DNA from: Flavobacteriia bacterium
GTDB lineage: Bacteria; Bacteroidota; Bacteroidia; Flavobacteriales_D; Crocinitomicaceae
Assembly (NCBI GenBank): GCA_009923965.1
Contig: RFSL01000001.1
Coordinates: 1 to 30,170, forward strand
Direction: 5' to 3'
DNA length: 30,170 bases
Shown: positions 16,591 to 25,754 of the stretch, piece by piece
How the letters are laid out: each line of letters begins with the position of its first letter
Position numbering within the stretch: the first letter of the stretch is position 1
Notes under the pieces: model-generated
Databases searched by the model: none
The model's input: only the letters and a program-made list of their open reading frames with translations
What the model was told of the DNA's origin: nothing
Made by a program: the position numbers and the translations under genes

Positions 16591-18249
16591 ATGAAATATT
16601 TTTTCTTCACCATATTCTTTTCCCCGGTTATTTTATTTAGTCAAGCAAATATCACCGGAAATATAGAAAGCACCTTTCAATTTCTAAATAATGATAGCAT
16701 AATTGGAGCAACACAGCCTGACCAAAAAGGACTTATTAATTCATACATGAATGTTTTTTACACGCAGGGAAAGTTTAAAGCAGGTCTGCGTGTTGAATCT
16801 TACTTACCTCGAATTCAAGGATATCCAAATCGTTTTGATGGGACAGGCATTGGCATGCGTTATGTTGGATATGCAAATGATTTAGTGGATGTAACCCTTG
16901 GAACTTTTTACGAGCAATTTGGAAGCGGATTGGCGTTAAGAGCTTATGAAGATCGCGCTTTGGGGTATGATAATTTATTAGATGGAATGAGGCTTATTGT
17001 ACGACCAAAAAGAGGAGTTGTTTTGAAAGGAGTATATGGTTACCAACGCTTATCTTTTCAGCAAGGCAAATTAATTTATGGAGAAGGAATTGTGCGTGGT
17101 GTTGATGGAGAAATTAACTTAAACGAAGCTGTAAAAAAATTAGAGGATTTTCCTTTGACAATGGTTTTTGGAACTTCTTTCGTTAGTAAATATCAAGTAG
17201 ATAATGACCCTGATCTCATTCTACCAAAAAATGTAGGTGCATATGGAGCTCGTGCTAAATTTCGGTATAAAAACGTAACCTTAGACGGGGAATATATCAT
17301 CAAGGAACAAGACCCTTCGAATGATAATTCTAAAATTTACAATTACGGTCATGCCTCTGTGATTAATTTAAGTTATACAAAAAAAGGACTTGGAATATTG
17401 TTGTCTGGTAAATCCGTTGATAATATGAGTTATCGGTCAGACCGATCCAAAGATTTACAAGATGTTCTGATTAATTATTTACCATCCTTAAATAAAACCC
17501 ATACGTATAATCTTGTTTCAACTTTATATCCTTATGCCACTCAGCTCTTAGGCGAAGTAGCTTTTCAAGGAGACATCCTTTATACATTTAAAAAAGGGAC
17601 GAAAATTGGCGGAAAATATGGCACATCTATCAATTTTAATGTTTCTACGACATATCAACCTATAAAACACACCTCAGGAATTAATCCATTGGATTCTTCA
17701 GGAGTTACCTATACCTCAAGACCATTTGACAAAAGCGACAGCTTATATTGGAGAGATATAAATGTAAACGTGACAAAAAAAATCAATAAAAATCTGAGTT
17801 TCATTTTTTCATACTTTAACATTACAATCAATAATGATGTTGCCAAGATATCAAATGATTCAAAAGGAATTATTTCATCTCATGTTGGCGTCATCGAGAC
17901 AGCATATAGAATCAATAAAACAAATTCTATTCGAACTGAGCTTCAAGGAATGTTTGTCGAAAAAGAAAATGGTCTTATTAAAGACAAGGGGAATTGGGCT
18001 ACAATATTGGTCGAATACAGTATTTCGCCGAGTTATTTTTTCAGTTTTATGGATCAATACAATTATGGAAATCCCCTTGAATCAAAACGCACTCATTATC
18101 CAATAATAACTTGCGGATATATTAAAGATGCAACACGATTTACAGTTTCTTATGGCCGGCAAAGGGCAGGTTTATTTTGTGTTGGTGGAGTCTGCCGATT
18201 TGTTCCCGCTAATAATGGCTTAACCTTTAGTTTCACTCAAAGTTTTTAA
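16591..18249 (+). CDS. DUF6029-like outer-membrane beta-barrel protein
   Basis: Signal peptide (ILFS-Q), GTFYEQFGSGLALRAYEDRALG, C-terminal GRQRAGLFCVGGVCRFVP...SFTQSF ending in Phe. Family name recalled, not searched. Confidence 0.72.
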   Translation: MKYFFFTIFFSPVILFSQANITGNIESTFQFLNNDSIIGATQPDQKGLINSYMNVFYTQGKFKAGLRVESYLPRIQGYPNRFDGTGIGMRYVGYANDLVDVTLGTFYEQFGSGLALRAYEDRALGYDNLLDGMRLIVRPKRGVVLKGVYGYQRLSFQQGKLIYGEGIVRGVDGEINLNEAVKKLEDFPLTMVFGTSFVSKYQVDNDPDLILPKNVGAYGARAKFRYKNVTLDGEYIIKEQDPSNDNSKIYNYGHASVINLSYTKKGLGILLSGKSVDNMSYRSDRSKDLQDVLINYLPSLNKTHTYNLVSTLYPYATQLLGEVAFQGDILYTFKKGTKIGGKYGTSINFNVSTTYQPIKHTSGINPLDSSGVTYTSRPFDKSDSLYWRDINVNVTKKINKNLSFIFSYFNITINNDVAKISNDSKGIISSHVGVIETAYRINKTNSIRTELQGMFVEKENGLIKDKGNWATILVEYSISPSYFFSFMDQYNYGNPLESKRTHYPIITCGYIKDATRFTVSYGRQRAGLFCVGGVCRFVPANNGLTFSFTQSF

Positions 18250-18251
18250 CT

Positions 18252-19187
18252 ATGAAAAGTTTGTTTTTTAGTTGTTTAATTCTTTATACACTTATTTTTT
18301 GTGGTTGTGACAGAGTTTCAAATCCGTATCCTGAAGTTGAAGTTTTAGATATAGATACGACACTTTATCCTGGAAACTGGAGTTACTATCTTACAAATGA
18401 ATGGCCACAATTTACACCAAATACTAATATAAATAGATCAGTTCTCATAGAAGATTATACAGGTCATAAATGCATCTATTGCCCAGCAGCAGCAGATCTT
18501 GCTCATTCTTTACATTTAGCAAATCCTACCCGTGTTTTTACAACTTCGATTCATGCAGGACCCACAGGCCTTGGCGATTTTCAGCAAATAGATCCACCAA
18601 ATTACCCATTAGATTTCACAAATCCTGAAGGCTTGGAGATTGGCACTTATTTCGGTTCGAATGATGGTGGATTTCCAGGAAATCCAAGAGGCACAATAAA
18701 TCGCGTTAATACTGGCACAATTTTTCAAAGCCCAAATTCGTGGACCAGCATACTAAATACAATGCTAAGCGAAAATAACTTACGCATTAATATGCAGTCT
18801 CACTTAAATTATTACGCTGAGACAAAAGGTGCTTTCTTGCATGTTGAGGTTGAAAAATTAGATCCATCCTTGACAAATGAATTAGGAATCGTTGCACACA
18901 TAATTGAAGATTCATTGGTGGGAGATCAAAAAATGAGTGATAATTCACACAACGAGAATTATATCCATAGAGATATTCATAGGGGAAATCTTAATAATCA
19001 AGCGTTTGGAAGAATTCTTAAAAATACCGATTTAATAGATGGTAAATACTATGTGAATTATAGTTTTGTTGTTCCAAATCAATTAGATGGAAATTATAAT
19101 GCTTCAAATATGCATATTTTAATCTATGTCTACGATCGCTCAACTTGGGAAATATATCAGGTAATCAAGCAAAAGATTGTAAATTAA
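18252..19187 (+). CDS. Omp28-related lipoprotein with thioredoxin-like CxxC
   Basis: Lipobox FCG-C, VLIEDYTGHKCIYCP, SIHAG, IIEDSLVGDQ and YIHRDIHR. Confidence 0.8.
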   Translation: MKSLFFSCLILYTLIFCGCDRVSNPYPEVEVLDIDTTLYPGNWSYYLTNEWPQFTPNTNINRSVLIEDYTGHKCIYCPAAADLAHSLHLANPTRVFTTSIHAGPTGLGDFQQIDPPNYPLDFTNPEGLEIGTYFGSNDGGFPGNPRGTINRVNTGTIFQSPNSWTSILNTMLSENNLRINMQSHLNYYAETKGAFLHVEVEKLDPSLTNELGIVAHIIEDSLVGDQKMSDNSHNENYIHRDIHRGNLNNQAFGRILKNTDLIDGKYYVNYSFVVPNQLDGNYNASNMHILIYVYDRSTWEIYQVIKQKIVN

Positions 19188-19222
19188 TCCTAAAGTTCAA
19201 GGGAAAAATATACAAAATACCT

Positions 19223-19230
19223 TATCTTTG
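19223..19230 (+). promoter_or_regulatory. -7 promoter element for the rpoN operon
   Basis: TATCTTTG 19 nt upstream of the rpoN ATG. Confidence 0.6.
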
Positions 19231-19249
19231 AGTGTATTGAGCAAACAAG

Positions 19250-20692
19250 ATGGCATTAAAACAATTTCTCACACAAAAACTCGAACAGCGCCTATCGCCA
19301 CAGCAAATTCAGTTAATGAAATTGTTGCAAGTTCCAACAATGGAATTAGACCAGCGAATTAAACAAGAGATTGAGGAAAATCCAGCATTAGAGGAGGGAT
19401 CAGATGAACTTGAAGATGAGTTTGACAATCAAGATGATACAGAAGAAAATGATACAGACGATGAATTCGATCTTTCGGACTACATAGACGATGATATTGC
19501 TGACTATAAAACATATGCAAATAATCAATCTAAGGATGATGAAGAACGAGTTATACCTCTTTCTGGGGAACAAAGTTTTCAAGAAAAACTAAGCGAACAA
19601 TTACATTTATTAGATTTAAACGAAACTGAATTTATAATTGCAGATATTTTAATCGGTAATTTGGACGAATCTGGCTATTTAAATCGTGACTTAGAAGCAC
19701 TTGTTGATGACCTCGCATTTTCCATGAATGTAATTACCTCAGAACAAGAAGTAAAAAGTATTTTAGTGCTAATTCAAACTTTTGATCCGGCAGGAGTTGG
19801 CGCCCGAAGTTTACAAGAGTGCTTATTATTACAAATAAATCGTAAGCAAGACGGGGACATTTCACGTTTTACAGCAAAAAAAATACTAGAAGATTTCTTC
19901 GAAGAATTCACAAAAAAACATTACGATAAAATAGCACTTAAACTTGAAATTGAAGACAAGGATTTAAAAGATGCTATTGATGAAATTTTAAGATTAAATC
20001 CCAAGCCAGGAGGTTCTTTACGTGAATCCGCAAAAAATCAATTGCAAATAACACCCGATTTTGTAATTAACGAAACTGAAGGCAGGCTAGAATTATCATT
20101 GAATAGTCGAAATGCACCATCCTTGAAAGTTAGTCGTGAATATGAATCCATGCTCCGTTCTTATTCTGAGGGAGCGAAGACTACAAAATCTGACAAAGAA
20201 GCTGTTTCTTTTGTCCGTCAAAAATTAGATGGTGCAAAATGGTTCATTGATGCAATTAAACAAAGACAGCAAACGTTATTGTTAACAATGAATGCAATTA
20301 TGCACTACCAATTTGCTTATTTTTTGTCTGGAGACGAAGCCAAACTGCGACCAATGATTTTAAAGGACATTGCAGATATTGTAAACTTAGATATTTCGAC
20401 CATTTCACGCGTATCAAATAGCAAGTACGTGCAAACAAATTTTGGCATTTATCCTTTAAAATATTTTTTCTCAGAATCGCTCTCTACCGATAGCGGGGAA
20501 GAAGTATCTACAAGAGAAGTTAAAAAGATTTTATCAGAAGCAATTAATTCTGAAAGTAAAAAAATACCATTGACAGATGAAAAATTAATGGACTTATTAA
20601 ATGAAAAAGGCTACAATATTGCTCGGCGAACAGTTGCAAAATACCGAGAGCAATTAAATTTCCCCGTTGCACGCATGCGAAAAGAATTGTAA
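19250..20692 (+). CDS. rpoN: RNA polymerase sigma-54 factor
   Basis: LSPQQIQLMKLLQ activator-interaction region, DISTISRV HTH and RpoN box ARRTVAKYRE. Confidence 0.97.
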   Translation: MALKQFLTQKLEQRLSPQQIQLMKLLQVPTMELDQRIKQEIEENPALEEGSDELEDEFDNQDDTEENDTDDEFDLSDYIDDDIADYKTYANNQSKDDEERVIPLSGEQSFQEKLSEQLHLLDLNETEFIIADILIGNLDESGYLNRDLEALVDDLAFSMNVITSEQEVKSILVLIQTFDPAGVGARSLQECLLLQINRKQDGDISRFTAKKILEDFFEEFTKKHYDKIALKLEIEDKDLKDAIDEILRLNPKPGGSLRESAKNQLQITPDFVINETEGRLELSLNSRNAPSLKVSREYESMLRSYSEGAKTTKSDKEAVSFVRQKLDGAKWFIDAIKQRQQTLLLTMNAIMHYQFAYFLSGDEAKLRPMILKDIADIVNLDISTISRVSNSKYVQTNFGIYPLKYFFSESLSTDSGEEVSTREVKKILSEAINSESKKIPLTDEKLMDLLNEKGYNIARRTVAKYREQLNFPVARMRKEL

Positions 20693-21345
20693 TGAAAAGT
20701 AAACTAGCACATATTTTCTCTTGGCTTTTTTTGCCATTGCTAATGCCTTTTTATGGCTTATATCTTACCCTATATATTCCCAGTAAAGGAGTATCACTTT
20801 CTAGCCTAAACATGTATCAACTACCCGAAGAGCTTAAAGGTCAATTATTAACCATCTTTTTCCTTTTTAGCGCACTTGCCCCAGGAATATCATTCTATCT
20901 GTTACACAAAAGAAAAATAATATCAACAATAGACATTGAAGATTCAAAAGAGCGAAATTTTCCTTTATTAATTATGTTTGCTTATTGCATGGTGCTTTTC
21001 AGCTTGTTTATTTTTAAGGCGCCAAATAATATTCTTCCAAAATACTTCTATTCCCTTCCTTTATCGGGAGCAATTGTAACTGTAGTATTTATGCTAATTA
21101 ATCGCTGGATAAAAATATCATTGCATGCAGGCGGAGCAGGGATTCTAGTTGGTTACCTTTCTATTTTTATGTTTGAAACAATAGGGTTTCCTATTTTCTT
21201 TTTCATAATTGCTATAATTGCATCTGGCCTTACCCTTTCAGCACGTCTTTTTCTTCAAAGACATACACCACTTGAAGTTTATAGTGGCTGGTCGCTTGCT
21301 TTAATTATTACCTTTATTTGTTGCTCAAGTTACCCGATTATTTAA
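20692..21345 (+). CDS. Integral membrane protein, PAP2-like C-terminus
   Basis: About 6 hydrophobic helices, KISLHAGG and RHTPLEVYSG; TAATG overlap with rpoN. Confidence 0.6.
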   Translation: MKSKLAHIFSWLFLPLLMPFYGLYLTLYIPSKGVSLSSLNMYQLPEELKGQLLTIFFLFSALAPGISFYLLHKRKIISTIDIEDSKERNFPLLIMFAYCMVLFSLFIFKAPNNILPKYFYSLPLSGAIVTVVFMLINRWIKISLHAGGAGILVGYLSIFMFETIGFPIFFFIIAIIASGLTLSARLFLQRHTPLEVYSGWSLALIITFICCSSYPII

Positions 21346-21363
21346 CCCTATAATTATTATACT

Positions 21364-21918
21364 ATGCGTTTCTTTTTCATACTATTCATAATAAGTTTTT
21401 TTTGGTCTTGCTCAGACATTGAAAAAGATAGGCAGGTAAAAAAAATTATTGAATTAACTAGTTCAGTTACCAAATTAAAAAAAGAATTAATTAAAAATAA
21501 AATTAGTAATATCTCCGATAAAAAGATTGCAATTTATACTGTAATAAAAAGAATAAAATCATATTATTTCATAGACACAATAGATATTCAATTTGCAAAA
21601 AAAATGGATGCATATAAACAAATACGAAATTCTTTGAAGTATTTAGGCGGAGATTATGAAAAAATAAGAACATCCTTAGAGGAAGAAAAAATGTGTTTGT
21701 CGAGACTTAAATCCGATGTTGTAAATGGCTTTGGACAGCGCGAAAAGTATTTTGATAACATACGCTTTGAGAAAAATAAGATTCAGCAAATTAAAAGTTT
21801 ACTAAATGAGTACAATACTAGTAAGGCAAAATTTACATCAGCCTTTGACAGTTTACATCCTGCACTGAATGACTATTCAATTCGTTTAGAAGAAAAATTT
21901 AAAGAGAAATACCAATGA
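21364..21918 (+). CDS. Hypothetical helical/coiled-coil lipoprotein
   Basis: Lipoprotein-like signal (FFWS-C-SD); Lys/Glu-rich heptad-like sequence. Confidence 0.55.
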   Translation: MRFFFILFIISFFWSCSDIEKDRQVKKIIELTSSVTKLKKELIKNKISNISDKKIAIYTVIKRIKSYYFIDTIDIQFAKKMDAYKQIRNSLKYLGGDYEKIRTSLEEEKMCLSRLKSDVVNGFGQREKYFDNIRFEKNKIQQIKSLLNEYNTSKAKFTSAFDSLHPALNDYSIRLEEKFKEKYQ

Positions 21919-23744
21919 AAAACCTAATAATTTTCACTTTCTTGTTTCGTTTTTTCTTGTGCGCAGCTCAATCAGAAACAGATATTCAGTTGGCGCAGCA
22001 CTATTTTACATCTGGCGAATTTGATAAAGCAACTTCATACTATGAAAAACTATATACTTCTCAAAGCACAAAAGTTTATTTTACAAGGTACTTGGAATGT
22101 TTGATGCAAATCAAAGATTATAAAACCGCTGAAAAGACCATAAAAAAGCACATTTCTCAGAATAAGAATGACAAGGAAATTCAAGTGATTTTAGGTCAAT
22201 TCTATGAAGACATTGATGAGCCACAGAAATCAATAAAAGTATATGAAGACCTGCTTTCATCTTTTTCAAATGATCCTGGAGAAATAATTAATTTATATCA
22301 GTTATTTATAGGAAAAGGGAAATTTGACATAGCAAAAAAAGTATTGGATAAAGGAAAAAAAATTGCATCGTATTATCCCTTCAATTTTCAATATGCAGAT
22401 TTATATTCTCTTACTGGCAACAATCGTTTAATGCTTGAGGAATATATTGATTATTTGCTGATACAACCAACGATGGCTGAAACTATTCAAAATGCAATTT
22501 CTTCTCGAGTTGATTTAAGTCAAAGTGACGGAAAAGATTATCTGATTTTAAAAGAAATTTTACTTCAAAAAATACAAGTGGATAACTCAAATTTTATTTA
22601 TGCTGAAATGCTAATTTGGCTCTTCGTTCAAAATAAAAACTTCTCTGCAGCATTTACTCAAGTTGTTGCTTTAGACAAAAGAATTCAAGGCGATGGTTTA
22701 AGGGTTTTGGATTTAGGTACTATTTGTTTGGAAAATAAATCCTACGCCATAGCAAGAAATTGTTTTAATTATGTTATTGCACTAGGTATTGATAATCAAT
22801 ATTATATTGAGAGTCAAAAGCTTTTACTCAATTCAAGATTTATAGAACTAACAACAAATCGAGCATATAATCAAAGTGAAATTGACGCAACTTTAGCAGA
22901 TTATAATGTTGCGTTAACACGTTTAGGAAAAACAAAATTTACAATTGGTATTTTAAATGAACAAGCACATATTTTAGCATTTTATGCAGATCGAGCCTCA
23001 GAGGCAATAATAATTTTGCAAGATGCTATCTTAATTCAAAGTTTGACAGATATACAAAGAGCACAATTGAAAATGCAATTAGCAGATATTGAAGTTTTGA
23101 AAGGAGATATTTGGGAGGCCTCACTTTTGTATATGCAAATTGATAAGGATTTCAAGTTTGAAGCTATTGGAGATGAAGCAAAGTATAAAAATGCCCGAAT
23201 TTTTTACTTTGATGGTGAATTTGATTTCGCTCAGAGTCAATTAAATATTTTGAAAGAATCAACCTCTAAAATTATTGCAAATGATGCCATGCACTTATCA
23301 GTTTCAATTACAGAAAATTTCGGGTTAGATAGTAATTATACAGCGATGTCTTGGTTCTCTTCAGCAGAATTGCTTATTGAACAACACAAATATTTGGAGG
23401 CGTACACACTTTTTGACAGTATTCAGTATAATTTTCCTTTTCATGCATTGGCAGATGACATTCTTTTTAGAAAAGCAAAAGCTATGGAAATGCAAGGAAA
23501 GTGGCCTGAATCTTGCTTGCTTTATGAAGATATTCTTAAATTCCACCCTAAAGATATTTTTGCTGATGACGCCCTTTTTAGATTAGGTGATATCTACGAG
23601 CAAATTCTTTTAGATAAAGATAAAGCATTAGAGTACTATAAAAAATTAGCCATTGATTATAAAGGGAGCTTCTACGGTGCGGAATCCATAAAGCGAATTA
23701 GAATCTTACGTGGCGATAAAAATGTAGAAGAAGATATCTACTAA
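21915..23744 (+). CDS. Exported tetratricopeptide-repeat protein
   Basis: Signal peptide (CAA-Q); repeated TPR-like helices such as LAQHYFTSGEFDKATSYYEKL and ALFRLGDIYEQ...ALEYYKKL. Confidence 0.85.
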   Translation: MKNLIIFTFLFRFFLCAAQSETDIQLAQHYFTSGEFDKATSYYEKLYTSQSTKVYFTRYLECLMQIKDYKTAEKTIKKHISQNKNDKEIQVILGQFYEDIDEPQKSIKVYEDLLSSFSNDPGEIINLYQLFIGKGKFDIAKKVLDKGKKIASYYPFNFQYADLYSLTGNNRLMLEEYIDYLLIQPTMAETIQNAISSRVDLSQSDGKDYLILKEILLQKIQVDNSNFIYAEMLIWLFVQNKNFSAAFTQVVALDKRIQGDGLRVLDLGTICLENKSYAIARNCFNYVIALGIDNQYYIESQKLLLNSRFIELTTNRAYNQSEIDATLADYNVALTRLGKTKFTIGILNEQAHILAFYADRASEAIIILQDAILIQSLTDIQRAQLKMQLADIEVLKGDIWEASLLYMQIDKDFKFEAIGDEAKYKNARIFYFDGEFDFAQSQLNILKESTSKIIANDAMHLSVSITENFGLDSNYTAMSWFSSAELLIEQHKYLEAYTLFDSIQYNFPFHALADDILFRKAKAMEMQGKWPESCLLYEDILKFHPKDIFADDALFRLGDIYEQILLDKDKALEYYKKLAIDYKGSFYGAESIKRIRILRGDKNVEEDIY

Positions 23745-24931
23745 GGCATTTCTCTTGTAAATGCAGGAATTCCTGTTACTTCCATTCCTGTTATTAGTAA
23801 GTGTATATCGTGTGTTCCTTCATATGTTACTACCGACTCTAAATTTGCCATGTGACGCATCATTGAATATTCGCTAGTAATTCCCATTCCGCCATGTATT
23901 TGGCGCGCTTCACGCGCAATATTTAAAGCGATTTCAACATTATTTCTTTTAGCCATTGAAATTTGAGCAGTTGTTGCTTTTCCTTCATTACGCAATTGTC
24001 CCAAACGCAGCGTTAAAAGTTGTGCTTTTGTGATTTCTGTAATCATTTCCGCTAATTTTTTTTGAATTAACTGAAAAGCGCCTATTGGAACATTGAATTG
24101 TGTCCTTTCTTTAGAATAGCGCAAAGCTTGATCATAACAATCCATAGCAGCTCCTAGCGCACCCCAAGCAATTCCAAATCTGGCAGAATCTAAACAACTT
24201 AATGGAGCTCCTAAGCCAGATCTTCCAGGTAGTATATTTGATTTTGGTACTTTTACATTATCAAAAATTAATTCCCCAGTAGAGGAAGCCCTTAAAGATA
24301 ATTTTCCATGCATTTCAGGTGTTGAAAAACCTTCCATACCTCGTTCAACAATTAAGCCATAAATTCTTCCTGTTTCATCTTTTGCCCAAACAACAGCGAT
24401 GTCTGCAAATGGCGCATTGGAAATCCACATTTTAGCCCCATTTAAAATTACATGATCTCCCGCATCTTTAAAATTACTAATCATTCCCCCCGGATTAGAG
24501 CCAAAATCTGGTTCTGTAAGACCAAAACAACCCATCATCTCTCCGCTTGCTAACTTTCTTAAATATTTTTGTTTTTGTTCTTCCGAACCATATTTCCAGA
24601 TAGGATACATTACTAAAGAAGATTGAACAGAAGCAGTTGAACGTAAGCCAGAATCACATCTCTCTAATTCTTGCATTATTAAGCCATAGGAAATCTGATC
24701 TAATCCAGGCCCTCCATATTCTTCAGGGATATAGGGACCAAAAGCTCCGATTTCTCCAAGACCTTTTAATAAATGCATTGGAAAAGTTGCTTTTTCATAG
24801 TGCTCATCAATGATTGGAGAAACTTCTTTCTTTACCCATGCTCTCGCAGCATCTCTCACTAGTTTATGTTCATCGGATAATAAATCGTCCATGGCATAAT
24901 GGTCAGGATGGTTAAAAAGGTCTGTTTTCAT
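23741..24931 (-). CDS. Acyl-CoA dehydrogenase, glutaryl-CoA dehydrogenase-like
   Basis: CFGLTEPDFGS, LNGAKMWISN, RASSTGEL, RTQFNVPI, ARQIHGGMGI and TYEGTHDIH; stop overlaps the TPR gene stop. Confidence 0.92.
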   Translation of the reverse strand: MKTDLFNHPDHYAMDDLLSDEHKLVRDAARAWVKKEVSPIIDEHYEKATFPMHLLKGLGEIGAFGPYIPEEYGGPGLDQISYGLIMQELERCDSGLRSTASVQSSLVMYPIWKYGSEEQKQKYLRKLASGEMMGCFGLTEPDFGSNPGGMISNFKDAGDHVILNGAKMWISNAPFADIAVVWAKDETGRIYGLIVERGMEGFSTPEMHGKLSLRASSTGELIFDNVKVPKSNILPGRSGLGAPLSCLDSARFGIAWGALGAAMDCYDQALRYSKERTQFNVPIGAFQLIQKKLAEMITEITKAQLLTLRLGQLRNEGKATTAQISMAKRNNVEIALNIAREARQIHGGMGITSEYSMMRHMANLESVVTYEGTHDIHLLITGMEVTGIPAFTREMP

Positions 24932-24967
24932 ATTAAATTTTATTTCTTAGTAATGATATTTATGCTA

Positions 24968-24975
24968 CAAAAGTA
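24968..24975 (-). promoter_or_regulatory. -7 promoter element for the acyl-CoA dehydrogenase
   Basis: Minus strand TACTTTTG, about 36 nt upstream of the ATG. Confidence 0.55.
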
Positions 24976-24987
24976 AGTATTTCTTAA

Positions 24988-25021
24988 TTTGGCTGTAGCA
25001 TTCATATTCTATTTAATTTTG
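24988..25021 (+). promoter_or_regulatory. -33/-7 promoter for DUF4271-hemD
   Basis: TTTG (24988-24991), 22-nt spacer, TAATTTTG (25014-25021); ATG only 6 nt later. Confidence 0.55.
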
Positions 25022-25027
25022 TAGTCT

Positions 25028-25711
25028 ATGAGATTAACAACAATTATTCTAGAAGTTAGTTTACAAATAACTGAAAGAGGCACCCAATCTATTAAAATAG
25101 TACTAGGTCTATTACTCTTCTGTGTTTCAATAATTGCACTAAGTAAATTTAATAATTCTGATTTATTTAGAAATGTAACAAAAAGTTTCTTTCGGTTTAA
25201 ATTGCTTGAGAATAATTTTAATGATGAAACTCGAATCAGTTTATGGACTTCTATGCTCCTCAACCTCAATTTTATTATTTCCCTTACGATTTGTTTTTTT
25301 TTAGCGTGTACAAATTTTGTTTTTGGCAATGGAGCATTGTTTTATGCATTGGGGTTAAGCGCTTATTTCATAGGGGTTCAACAGATAAGTTTTCGCTTGG
25401 CAACTTATTTAAGCGGGGATAATATAATTTCAGAGGCAATTGCAAATCTTACGAAACAAATTTGGCATATGCTTGGGCTTCTGTTCTTAATTATTTCTTT
25501 GATTTGGGCTTTAAATCAGCAATTATCAGCAAATTTTATGCTACTTTATTTCTTTATCCTTTTCATCATTATAGTTTTTCGATATGTGAAAGGCATTTTC
25601 CTTTGTTATAAACTTGGAATAAAATGGTATTATTTAATTTTGTACCTTTGCACTTTAGAAATAATGCCTACTTTTTTGCTTTACTATTTTATCATAAAGG
25701 AATTGGCTTAG
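25028..25711 (+). CDS. DUF4271-like multi-pass membrane protein
   Basis: About 6 TM segments, C-terminal YLILYLCTLEIMP, and position upstream of the hemD-like gene as recalled for Bacteroidota. Confidence 0.75.
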   Translation: MRLTTIILEVSLQITERGTQSIKIVLGLLLFCVSIIALSKFNNSDLFRNVTKSFFRFKLLENNFNDETRISLWTSMLLNLNFIISLTICFFLACTNFVFGNGALFYALGLSAYFIGVQQISFRLATYLSGDNIISEAIANLTKQIWHMLGLLFLIISLIWALNQQLSANFMLLYFFILFIIIVFRYVKGIFLCYKLGIKWYYLILYLCTLEIMPTFLLYYFIIKELA

Positions 25712-25754
25712 TTATAAAAATTAGATGCTTAAATAACTTTAATTAGCGTTTACT

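Noticed and set aside
25165-25183. Fur-box half-site atttagaa
   Set aside because: It lies inside the DUF4271 CDS and the second half does not match.
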